Below are positions 14,089-26,244 of a DNA stretch of 64,000 nt, piece by piece. The stretch comes from Camelus dromedarius (lineage: Eukaryota). The position numbers and the translations under genes are program-made. The notes below the pieces were generated by a model. That model was not told where the DNA came from. It saw only the letters and a list, made by a program, of their open reading frames with translations, and did not search any database. The DNA lies in NCBI RefSeq assembly GCF_036321535.1, contig NC_087436.1, positions 58,468,001-58,532,000 on the forward strand, read 5' to 3'. Numbering within the stretch: the first letter of the stretch is position 1; each line of letters opens with the position of its first letter.

Positions 14089-14290
14089 TTTCGTCTCTCA
14101 TTGTATCAAATGCATAGAGATCCCATTAGGAGTGATAGATTGTAACTACAAAGAGAGACGCACACCCCACTACTTCACGCCATTCTTCAAAGCAGATCTT
14201 TACTGATATTGTGAGTCCTTTTTTTTTCACTCAATCACATCCTTATCCCTTCGCTTGAACAAATACTCACCTAGAAAAATGGGAAAGAAT
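14089..14290 (-). other. Candidate exon: 3' splice site at 14271 immediately followed by GTGAGT; downstream donor after 14089
   Basis: Minus strand reads attctttcccatttttctag|gtgagtattt ... gagacgaaa|gtaagc. Motif evidence only; no transcript data. Confidence 0.4.
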
Positions 14291-15299
14291 GCCAATTTTA
14301 AAAGGGAGATCTCGAAGGATGAAAGTAGTATGTATTATATATGCCCAACTGATGTGCCCAGTTGGGTAGGTGCTTAATTTAGTTTAATACTCGACTGACC
14401 TAACTTAAGACTTGCTTTTTAGTATTTAAAAATACAACCATTAAATTTTTTTTTTTTGCTTTTTAATCTCTCCTGCAAAAATAAAAAATAACATCAGAAG
14501 CTGTGTTGAAAGCACTCTATGATGAATTCACTCTCACTATAAACATTGGGAAATAACCTAATGAATTTTTTTTTTTTACTATTTCTCTCTTTTGAATCCC
14601 TTCCACCCTTCCTTCCTTTCTTCCTAATTTCTTTCTTTTTTTCTTTTTTTTTTCTTCCTTTATTCCTTTCTTTCAAGAATATAAAGTAATTATGGAAAAC
14701 ACCCTATATAACACACCATATAACACCCTATGAAAACATCTATTTGAGACTTTCTCCTGGGCTTTCTGAAGCATGTACAAAGGATACAATCAACTCTTAA
14801 TTTGATCACCTCCCTACTATCCATAGGGCCTCTGCTGCAATTCATGCTATTGTAAACTTACCATAGTGTTATTCTGAAAACATTATTTCTATCCTTTGTC
14901 AACACTTAGAAGGTAAAATATCTTAGAGCCCTTTAACTTCTCTTCTGTTGTCATGAGCATGGAATACTGCCCTATAATTCTCTCTGGCCCCTGATAAAAC
15001 CACTAATGCAGCCCTTCCTTGCAGAGCTTTCCATTGTGCCTTTTCAAACGTAGTTCTATTGTAAATAAATGTCTCTGCATCTTCATTTTTGTGCCTTAAA
15101 TGAAACCTAACTCAATCCAAAGTGCTCAACTTCCTCCCCAGCTTTCTTCAGAAGATTCTCTTTATACTTACTCCTCTTGCATATTTCAGGTTCAGAAGGT
15201 GAAGGACATTTTCCCTAAAGCTGCTTCCAGATTATTTATTGTCTATGCAAGTATAAATCCCTACTTCCCTATTCTTCATGCTGTGTATCTGTACCTCTA

Positions 15300-16980
15300 C
15301 TGTAAGTACCTCCACATTTGACTACTTTCCTGACAGTTCTCCCTCAGTGACTGAGGAATTATTACCAGCGTCATGATCTTTCCATAAGGTCAGCCTTCAT
15401 TGTAAGTGACTTCAAGATACATATGAATGGTCCACCCAACCCCATAACTTTACTAATATTTAGATTTATCCAGTTGAACAACCACTATATCCACTGTTCT
15501 TTAACCACTTGTCCCCATGATTATGTCCTGGAAGTTGTCACCACCCTGAACTAGTCTAATTCTGAAATCTTAAACTCAAATATCCTACTCTTTGAATAAT
15601 ATTTTGAGTATTATCTTTCTCGTTCTTCCTCTTCCTTAAGTACATCATAGCTACTTTTTATCACACAGATTTCTCCAGTTCCTCTTTTCTTCCATTTCCC
15701 ACTCTACTCTCACCCCCTGAAATCTGTCACCCTTCTCCTTGTCTAATGTCTTTTGCTAACAGTCCTGGACATCATGGGTCATTATGCAACATACTGTCTC
15801 ATTACCACCTTGGTTTCTGTAGTCCTTTTCTTTCACTAAAACCACAAGTCTGAACCCTGAATTCATGCCAAACCAAATTTATCTATTTTTATCACAATGT
15901 ATAAAGTATCCATTTCCAAGACTGGCATCATTTCAACTGACAGTCTCTAAATTTAGCTTGACCCTCAGCATCAGTCATTGTGATGGGCAGAATAACGGTC
16001 TCAAAGATGGTCCACCTTCTAATCCCTGGAACCTCTAAATGAGTTAGGTTAGATGGCAAAGAGGAATTCATGCAGCAGATGGAATTAAATTTATTAACCA
16101 GTTGACTTAAAAACAGTGAGATTATCTTGGTTTATTTGGGAGTGTCTGATTTAATCACCAGCATCACTAGGATCCTTTCAACATGGAAGATGGAAACAGA
16201 AGAATCATTGTCAAGCACTGAGATATGAGGAAGTATTGGACAGTCATTGCTGGCTTTGGAGATAGAAGGGGGTCTAAGCCAAAGAATTCAGTCAGCATTT
16301 TGACTCTGGAAAAAGCAAGGCAGTGGATTTACCCTAGAGCTCGGAGCAGAGAAGAATGCAGCCCGGCTGCCATCTCAATTTTAGGTACTGAAACATACGT
16401 CAGACTTCTGACCTAAAGAATTGTAAAGTAATAAAACGGTATTTTTTAAGTCTCTGAATTTATGGTAATTCATTACAGTAACAAAGGGAAACTAATACAC
16501 CCATTAACCTTTTAATTTCCCATGTCTAGGATTTACTTCCATTTTCTTCTGCAGGTACTTCAAGTTTGTACTCAACCCTCAATTGACAAAAGAGGTAACT
16601 TTAAGTGCTTCATTGAGAAGTTTGTGGTCATAAGGCATTGTCTTCCTTAACTTTCCTCTTTTAATCTAAAAATTCATGTGAAGGTTTATTCATCTTCATC
16701 AACTTTTCTGCCTTTTACAGTGAAGTCCCACTTACAGCACATCTTACCCACCTTCTATATGGCCTTGTTCAAATTAATCTATTTTCTACATTGTCTCCTC
16801 CTGGAATGAAAGAAACTAGATCCTATTAGAATGTGATATACTTCTCCCTTTTCCCCATAACCTAAAGCTACAGTTCCATCTCTTCCTTCCAATTCTTATT
16901 CAAACTTCATGCAAGTGTAGTCTCCTTTTCGTATTCCCACTCTCCAAGCCTTTGTTGTCATTCTGATTCTTCCCTGCACC
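15300..16980 (+). mobile_element. L2 body fragment interrupted by an MLT1 LTR
   Basis: L2-like sequence (tcattgtaagtgacttcaagatacatatgaatg; ctggaagttgtcaccacc) continues on both sides of the LTR. Confidence 0.5.
15979..16499 (+). mobile_element. MaLR solo LTR (MLT1D-like)
   Basis: Starts tgtgatgggcagaataacgg and ends ggaaactaataca; internal ttgctggctttggagatagaagggg; aataaa near the 3' end. Confidence 0.85.
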
Positions 16981-16989
16981 TACTACCTG

Positions 16990-19900
16990 TTGAATTTTTT
17001 AAACCTCTATTTTTACAGCAATTTTAGGTTAGCAACAAAGTTGAGAGAAAGATATAGAAGTATTCTGTATACCCTCTGTTCCCACCCATGCATAGCCTCT
17101 CCTATTATCAACATCACTCACCAGAATGTACATTTGTTATCAAAAATGAAGCTACTAAAAAAGAAAAATGAAGCTACTTTGATACATCATAGTCACCCAA
17201 AGTCCAGTTACCTTAGTGTTCACTCTTGATGTTGTACATTCTATGGATTTGGACAAAAGTATGATAACATACATCAGTCATTATAATATCATTCACAGTA
17301 TTTTCAGTGCTCAAAAAATCATTTCTCTTTCACCTACATATCTCTCCACCATACACACACGTACATACCACTGCAAGCCACAGGTGTATTGCCTCCATAG
17401 CTTTGCTATTTATATAATCTCATATAGCTGGAATCATATAGTATATATCCTTTTCACTTAGTGGCTTATAAGTGGATTCTTTCACCTAGTGATGTGCATT
17501 TTAGGTTCTTCTATGTATTTTCATGACTTAATAGTCCATTTCTTTTTACTATTGAATAATACCCCAATGTCACGATGAAGCAGTTTATTTATCCATTTAC
17601 CTGCTACAAGATTCTAGTTGCTTCCAAGTTTTAGCAATTACAATTAAAGCTGCTATAAATATCCATGGGGAGGCTTTTGTGTGAATGTAAGTTTCAACTA
17701 CTTTGGGTAAATACCAAAAAGTGTGATGGCTAGACAGTATGGTAAGAGTATGTTTAGCTTTGTAAGAAACTGTCAAACTCTCTTCTAAAGTAGCTGCACT
17801 ATTTTGCTTTCACATCAAAAATGAATGAGAGTTCCTATTGCTTTACATCCTCACTAGCATTTGATGCTGTCAGTGTTCTGGATTTTGGCCATTCTAATAA
17901 GTGTATAGTGGTATTTCATTGTTGTTTTAATTGCCTTTCCATGATTACATATAGTGTGTAGAATATTTTCATATTCTTATTAGCCATGTGTATATCTTCT
18001 TTGCTGAGGTGTCTGTTAAAAGTCTTTGACACATTTTTAAGTTGAGATGTGTGTTTTCTTGGTGAGTTTTAAGAGATCTTTGTGTAATTTCGGTGACATT
18101 CCTTATCAGATGTGTTTTTTGCAAATATTTTCTCCCAGCTTGTTGCTTGTTTTCTAATTTTCTTGACATTGTTTTTTGCAAAGCAGAAGTTCTTAATTTT
18201 AATGAAACCAGCTCATTAATAATTTCTTTAATGGATCATGCCTTTGATATTATATATAAAAAGCATCATCAAAACCAAGGTTTTTTGCTATGTTATTTTT
18301 TAGGACTTCTATAGTTTGCATTTTACATTGAGGTCTATGATCCATTTTGAGTTAATTTTTGGAAAGGGTGTAACATTTGTGCCAATTTGCATATGGATGT
18401 CCACTTTTTCTTGCACCATTTGTTGAAGAAACTACCTTTAATCCATTGAATTGCTTGTTCCTTTGTCAAATATCAGTTGACATTATTTAGAGAAGTCTAT
18501 TTCTAGGGTTTCTATTCTGTTTGCTGTGATCTTGATCTTAATCTTAATCTGTCTATTCTCTCACCAAAACCATGCCACCTGATTACCATATCTTTATACT
18601 AAGTCTTGAAGTCAGGTAGTGTCAGTCCTCCAACTTTGTTCTTCTTCTTCAAGATTGCAACTGTCTAGATATTTTGCCTTTATTTATATCAAGTTGGGAA
18701 GAACTGACATATTAACAAATGGAGTTTTACTATCCATGAACATGGAGTCTGTCTTCACCATTTGTTTACTTGTTTGACTTCTTTTATCTGAGTTGTATTC
18801 TTCTTCCAAATATAGACCATGGATATATTTTGTTAGATTTATAGTTTAGTTATTATTTGAGATACTAATGTACTAATGTATTATAATATCAAATTCTACT
18901 TGTTAATTGCTAGTATATAAGAAAACAATTGGGTTTTGTATACCAACTTTATATTCTGCAACTTTGCTATAATCATATATTATTAGTTCCAGGATTTTTT
19001 TTTTTATATATTTTTCTACATAGACAATCATTTCATCTGTAAACAAAGACAGTTTTTGTCTTCCTTTTCAACCTGTATACTTTTAATTTTTTTCTTCTCT
19101 TATTACATTAATAACAATTTCCAGTAAATCTTGAAAAGGGTTGGCAGGAGGAGACATCATTGCCTTGTACCTGACAGGAAAGCTATGAATTTCTCACCAA
19201 TAGCTGTAAGTTTTTTTGTAGATGTTCTTTGTTAAGTTGAGAAAGCTCCCCTCTATTCCTAGTTTACCTAATTTTTTTTTTTTATCATGAATGGATGTTG
19301 GATTTTGTCAAATGCTTTCTCCACCCCTTCATATAATAATGTGATTTTTTCTTCTTCTATCTGTTAATGTGATGGATTACAATAATTGATTTTTAAATAT
19401 TGAATCAGCCTTGCATACCTGGGATAAATCCTACTTGGTGATAGTGCATAATTTTTTAATACATTGTTAGATTTGATTTGCTAATATTTGTTGAGGGTTT
19501 CTGCATCTATGTTCATAAGGAATTTTGGTCTGCAGTTTTATTTTCTTATATCTTTGTTGGTTTTGCTATTATGCTGATGTTGTTAAAAACAAGTTAAGAA
19601 GTATTCTCTTTGTTTATATTTTTTAAAAGAGATTGTAGAGAATTGGTAAAATTTCTTTATTAAATGCAAACTTTGGTAAAATTCACTAGCAAGCCCATCT
19701 TGACCTGGTTCTGTTTTGGAATGTTATTAATTATTGGGTCAATTTCTTTAATAGATATAGGCCTACTCAGATCATCTATTTCTTTTTGTGTAAGTTTTGA
19801 AAGATTATATCTTTCAAGGAATTGGTCCGTTTTTTCTGTGTTATCAAACTAATGAATATAAAATTATTGATAGTATTCTTTTTATCATCCTTATAATATT

Positions 19901-21045
19901 CATGGCATCTGTAGTGATATCCCCTCTCTCATTTCTGATATAATAATTTCATCCTCTATCTTCTTCTCTTAGTTAGCATGGCTGGAAACATCAATTTTAT
20001 TGATCTATTCAAAGAACTAGATTTTGGCTTTGTTGACTTTATTGATTTTATCCTGTTTCAATTTCATTAATTTCTCCTCTAATTCTTATTATTTCCTTCT
20101 TCTACTTACTTCAGATTTAATTTGCTCTTCTTTTCCTGGTTTCCACAGATCAAAACTAAGATTATTGACTTTACATCTTTCTTCATTTCTAATACATGTA
20201 TTCAATGCTATAAATGACTTTCTAGCCCTACTTTTGTTGTATCCTACAAATTTTGCTAAGTTGTGTTTTCATTTTCAATTAGTTCAAAATACTTTAAATT
20301 TCTTGAGTTTTTTTCCTTTGGTCCTTGTTATTTAGCAGTTTGTCATTTAATGTGCACATATTTTGGGATTTTTCAGTTATCTTTCTGTTACTGGTTTCTA
20401 GTTAAATTCCACGATGATCTGAGAACAGACATCGTATGTTTTCTATTGTTTCAAATTTGTTAAGTTATGTTTCATGACCCAGAATGTGTTCTACAAGAAT
20501 GTTCAAAGTGAGCTTGAGAAAGATGTGTATTCTTCTGCTGTTGGATGAAGTACTCTATAGAATTGAATTATATCCAGTTGACTGATGGTATTGTTGAGTT
20601 CAACTATGCCCTTACTGATTTTCTGCCTGCTGAATCTGTTCATTTCTGAGAAAAGGCTGTTAAAGTCTCCAACTCTGGTAGTTGATTCATCTATTTCTCC
20701 TTGCAATTCGATAATGTTCTGCCTCACATAGTTTGACACTCTGTTGTTAGGCACATACATGTTAAAAATTTTTATGTCTTTATAGAGAACTGAACTTTAT
20801 CCTTATGTAATGCTATTTTTTATCCCTCATAATTTTCCTTGCTTTGAAGCCTGCTCTGTTTGAAATTAATATAGCTACTTTTGCTTTCTTTTTATTAGTG
20901 TTAGCATGATTTATTTTACTCCATCCATTTACTTTCATTCTATATGTTTCTTCATTTTCAAAGTGGGTTTTTTAGACCACTTAGAGTTGGGTCCTGTTTT
21001 TTGATTCACTCTGATGGTCTATGTCTTTGAATTAGTGCATTTCAG
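16990..21045 (-). mobile_element. Old L1 (L1MC1/2-like), ~4 kb, from 3'UTR to the ORF2 endonuclease region
   Basis: Characteristic 3' end gcaattttaggttagcaacaaagttgagagaaag. ORF 20503-20760 (MYVPNN...VGDFNSLFSEMNRFSRQKI...LHPTAEEYTSFSS) is L1 ORF2 endonuclease-like. Confidence 0.9.
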
Positions 21046-21049
21046 TCTC

Positions 21050-22930
21050 AATCTTTTTACCCAGTCCATCCCCTACATTCATCTGCATCCATGTACTTTT
21101 GCCTACCATAAAAACGGTCATCAATGTTCTTCTCACTTCTACTGCACAATAACAGTATTTATTTTACAGTGTGACTATGTATAAATGACACTATTTTAAA
21201 ACTTCAAAATTCCCTTATTACTGACTCATAACTCCCCTTGCTATTACCAGTTTATAATCTCTTTAATGTGTTCCCCTTCCTCCACATAAATCTCAAGTAT
21301 TTTTATTCAACTTTTTAAATATTTTGAGAATATACCATTTCTTACTCTCCATTATATCCTCATCCATTCACATGGTATCACTTTTAACATTAATGCTGTT
21401 TTCTCCCTAAATTTTAAGCTCTGCTTAAAGCTTTCTTAGGAACTTTATTCTCAGGTTTCAAATGCCTGCTGGTTATCTACACCTGAATATACCATATAAA
21501 CTGAAATTGTAAACGGTCAAAAGTAAATTTGAATTGTCTTCCCCCTAAACATGCTTCTCCTCTTTACTCTTGATTTCAGATCTTGGCACTTACATTTAAC
21601 AAGCCAATCAACTGAGAAAACTGTTTTACTCCTCCTTCTAAGATCCTCACAAACAATTATTGTCTTGATGATTTTTACCTCTAAAATATTTCTCAAATCA
21701 TCCTACTCTTGTCTACCTTTACAACAGCCAACATTTACTCCCTCAAATTGTCTTGCTTGACATTTGTAACCAACTACTAACTGGTTGCCCTAATTTGGGG
21801 CTTTTATTCTTTCAGATCTTTTGTCTACCTAACTGCTAGAAAGCATTAAACTAAAGCACACAACTGACTATATCTCCACCTACGTGAAATCTTCCAGTGT
21901 CTCTCCACTGCAGTGTCTCTCCACTGCACAAGAGTACAATCCAAATTTCTAATCACTAATTTTCCCCCTCTACTTAGTTTTCTAGGAAATATCACCAACA
22001 TACTATGTCCAAAACTGAACTCCTGGCTTTTCTCTGAAAAGCTGTCCCATTCTTAGCTTTCCCATCTCATTGGATAGAAATTCCTTTTTCCCAATTTCTC
22101 TGACCAAAAACCTTGGAGTTATTCTTTACTCCTTCTTGCTCTGATCTTACATCCAATCCATCAGGAAATCCTTTGGGTACTACCTTCAAAACATATAAAT
22201 AACTTGCCAAGTACTTGTTTACATCACCTTTGCTTGAGCCACAATCAGGTCCAGTTCACATTATATATCAACAGCCTTATTAGGAGTGTTTCTATTTCCA
22301 CCCTTGCTCTTTACATTCATTCACATCTCAGCTGCTGGAATGGCAGTTATAAAACCTAAGTCAGATCTCAGATCTTGTCTCCTTTGTTTAAAACCCTTCA
22401 ATGCTTTCCTATTTCACACAGAGCAAAAGTAAAAGTCCTTACAATTGCCTATAAAACCATACATGATCTTACTGTTAACTATCTGTACTCCTCTCCTATT
22501 ACTTTCTTCTTTATTCACTTCAATAGTATCACCGCCTACCCCCCTGCTGTTCCTTAAACCTGCCATGCACAATTTAGCCTTAGAATATATGCTCTACCTC
22601 TTCCCTTTGCCTGAAATACTTTCTTCCCAAATATCCCAAGTATTCAGGATTTTGCTCATAAATCATCTCCTCAATGAAGCCTACTCATGTCCCTATATAA
22701 AACTGCCAGCAGTTCATCTCTATCTGCCAAATAGCTGATCACCTGACCTTATTCTCTTTTTTCCCCATGAAGTACTGGTCACCTTCTAACCTTATAAATT
22801 ATAAGCTCCATTAGGAAAGGGATCTTGATTTGTTTTGCTTACTACTATTTTCCAAACACCTAATACAGTGCTTACCAAATACTAGGTACTCAAAAAATGG
22901 ATGAATTTATTAAATAAATTAATTAATAAA
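21050..22930 (+). mobile_element. L2 fragments, including an L2a-like 3' end
   Basis: ccaaaaaccttggagttattctttactcc; terminal taagctccattaggaaaggg...taggtactcaaaaaatggatgaat. Confidence 0.75.
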
Positions 22931-23012
22931 CATATCTTACAGAGTACTTCACTGTCTATTACCTGCCTCTCCAGTCTCTATTCTCATCACTCGGGGAACA
23001 CTAAACTGCCTG

Positions 23013-23637
23013 TGTTGCCTGTCATATATACCCATATGCATACTTCATGCTAATTACCACATCCATGTGGTATAGTACCCCTTCTACAAGGAATTTCATC
23101 AATCAACATGATTCTTCACCTATTGTATGGCTGTTGGCATAACTGTTGCCATCTTGGGCTCTTATAGTTTCTCCTGTCTTTCCGTTGACTCTACCCAGGA
23201 CTGTACTGTGCAGTAAATCCCTTCTGTGTCATCAAGGGCTTTGCAGTTAATAGATTTTGTTTAATTATCATTAGGACCAGATGGCCTATTATGTTCTGTT
23301 GATCCTCAAACAATGATGAGAACCTTCACCAACATATTCTTGGCACCCAGGAGACTAAGTTATCCGTTCATGAATCTCGACTTGGGAACACATGTTCTAT
23401 TTCCAAGCATCTACCCTCATATCTTAGGTTACCTATAAAATTGTCCCAATGCCCCCGTATGGTGTAAAGTGCATCTGCTATTGCTTCTGGATTATCATCC
23501 ACACAATCCCACCCTGTGAGAAAGTTACTCTGTAATAAACTAATCCATTGATCATAGGGAACTGCCTGCCTCAGTTGTCGGTCTCAAGATGTCTTCCTGT
23601 TTCAGTTGGTACTTTTCATTCCCCCTGTCCTTCAACA
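23013..23637 (+). mobile_element. ERV solo LTR (probably ERV1), family not identified
   Basis: Inverted termini tgttg...caaca; flanks cctg/ccta (3 of 4 match); TATA box ctataaaa ~23433; aataaa ~23534. Confidence 0.7.
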
Positions 23638-24494
23638 CCTACATAATGCTGATCAATTTTCTAAGATCAGCTCAGGTATCCAGGAAGTTTTGTCTGCATT
23701 TGGATCTCTGGCCAATTAATAAATTATCTGTCAAATAAATGTATGCAATACATGATTCTGTGTGAATAAATGCATCATATGGCACAGAGGTGAGCACAGT
23801 AATAGCAGTGAACCCTGAGCATTTTATAACTCACTGATTTTTGCAACTTTTTGACCCAGTCAACACCTAGCAAATCTGAAATATATATTAGCCCTTTAAT
23901 ATTTTTTAAGTTTTTGAATTTTTATACTTGCTTATGTTATATAATACAACTTGCATAACATAGATAAATCATACAGCAAAAATTCACTTCTTTCTAAAGT
24001 GACTACGGCATTTCAAAAGTGAATTTGGCATTTTCCATAGAAAACATAGTTTTAGAGATTTTTCTTTCACATTTGCACCTGAATCACTTACAAATGATAT
24101 ACAAATAATCTACTTTTGACTGGAGAATTCATTTTTGAGATAATAGAAATTTATCAATTTAAATATTAAACTCAATAGACTTACTCTTTTAGATAGTTTT
24201 TGTTCTAAAAATATTAAACACTGTTCTGGAAAGAGTAGAATAATTTTGCATTACTGTGAACAGAAATCATTATATTGGCCCATGGCTCAGAAATTGTTCC
24301 TAGACTGCTCTCTATTTTTTTCTCAACTTTAGATATTTGATATATTTCTTCTTTGACTATCAGTGAGACTTACATTAGCCTACTTCAGGTTTAATTTCTA
24401 ATATGCTATGAAATGGATCTGCAAATTTCTAAACTTGATAGCTTGAAAAAAACAAGAAAAAAGAATAATGAGCTCTCCTTTGACAAGGTACAAT

Positions 24495-24960
24495 TAGAGG
24501 TTAATTTTCTGTGTCAATTTGACTGGACCATGAGGTGCCCAGAAATCTGGTTAAACTTTATTGTGGATATACCAGTGAGAGTCTTTCTGGATAAGATTTA
24601 AGGTTTGAGTCAGCAGAATGAATAAAGCAGATTGCTCTCCCCAGTGTGAGTGGGCCTCATCAAATGAATGCCTGAATAGAACCAAAGGCTGAGTAAGAGC
24701 AAATTCCCTCTGCCCCACTGTCTTAGAGCCGAGACATTGGTGTTCCCCTGTCATCAGACTCAAAGTAGGACTAAAACTTATACAACCGGCTCTCCTGGGT
24801 CTCCAGCTTGCCAACTGCAGACACTGGTTCTATAGTACATACATACACATAAAGTACATGAGCACTAGTTCATGGGACTGGTAGTAAGGCCTTTCTTTGT
24901 GTATGTATGCATGTGTGATCTCCATATCTGTTTATTTATTTATTGGTTCATTTCTGTGTT
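24495..24960 (+). mobile_element. ERVL LTR (MLT2B/D-like)
   Basis: ggttaattttctgtgtcaatttgactggaccatgaggtgcccaga and tctcctgggtctccagcttgccaactgcaga match the recalled MLT2 consensus. Confidence 0.85.
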
Positions 24961-26198
24961 GCATATACATTTGAGTGTTTTAGATACATTATTTTGGTAC
25001 TTACAATCAGAGAACATTGAACTACAGAATACTTCAAAGTACTTCTAGATAGAATAATTGTTAAGATAACACAGGTGGTAAATACCTGAAGATATAATGA
25101 TATATATTATTCTGATTTGTTTCTTGCAATAACCCTTGGGGAAAATTGCTTCCTTAGCAAGCTTACAAATTAGATGACTTTTTCCTTTGGTGCCTATTAG
25201 ACAAATGCTTCCCAAGTCTGCATTTGATAATTTTTGTTTTAATTAATGCCATTCCATGTTACCATTGATATTTTTAGTGTAAAAATTAATTATAATAACT
25301 AAATCAAACTAAAGCAAATTAAATTTAACACATTTACTTTAATATGTGTATTTTTCTTCCCCTATTCCAGACTTTTCTCTTTCCTTATCCTGTGTTACTA
25401 TGTAATCATGGTTTGCCTTCAATTTTGGGTTCTGGGCTTCTTTTTCCATTAGATCAGTCAAAAACATGGGTCAGAAAATTTTATATGGATTTAAGTAAAT
25501 GCCATACCTTTCACCAAAGGGCTTTTATTTCAAACTTGATTTTTAATTGTAAGTTAAAGTTTTATAATGCCTTGCTTTTATGAAGTGGTAAAGCACAGCT
25601 GAGTTGCAGAAAAGTGAGGATGATTGAAAAGACTTCTTGTCACATTCTGAGAAATGATTACACTCAGAGGAAAGTAATTATTTCTTATAGGTCAATTCTT
25701 GCTTGCTTATTTATTTACTTGTAATTGTGGTACAAAACACACTAAAAAACATTTCTTCCTCCTCCATTCCTCTGCCAATTAGCATTCTATGTTCTGTATC
25801 TATAAATTTGACTGAGATAATTCATAAAGTGAAATTAATGTATTTGTCCTTTTGTCTTTCTTGTTTTTAAATTTCCTTAAAGTTTCACCAATATCCAGCT
25901 TCATTGCTCAACCAGCTTCACTATTTTGAGACTTTTTCTTTTAAAGTTTAAATCTGTACATAGCAAATTGAGTCTTGGTGCAGAGATAATCTGAACTTTT
26001 GTTGGGCCAGATTTGGCAGGGCCAGATTTGAATTTACAGTATTCTAATACTATTAAGTTAATTAACTTTTATTCTAACTTCTAACTGGAAGAATTATCAG
26101 GCAACAAATCCACTGAAAAACCCAAATCTGTTCTGGAAAAAGGAAAGGAGAAAGAAAAAGAAAGGAGGAGGGAGAACAGGAGGGAGAAGAGACACAAA

Positions 26199-26206
26199 TA
26201 CACAAA

Positions 26207-26242
<36 letters not shown>
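26199..26242. repeat. (CA)n microsatellite
   Basis: Read directly; imperfect at its 5' side. Confidence 0.95.
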
Positions 26243-26244
<2 letters not shown>

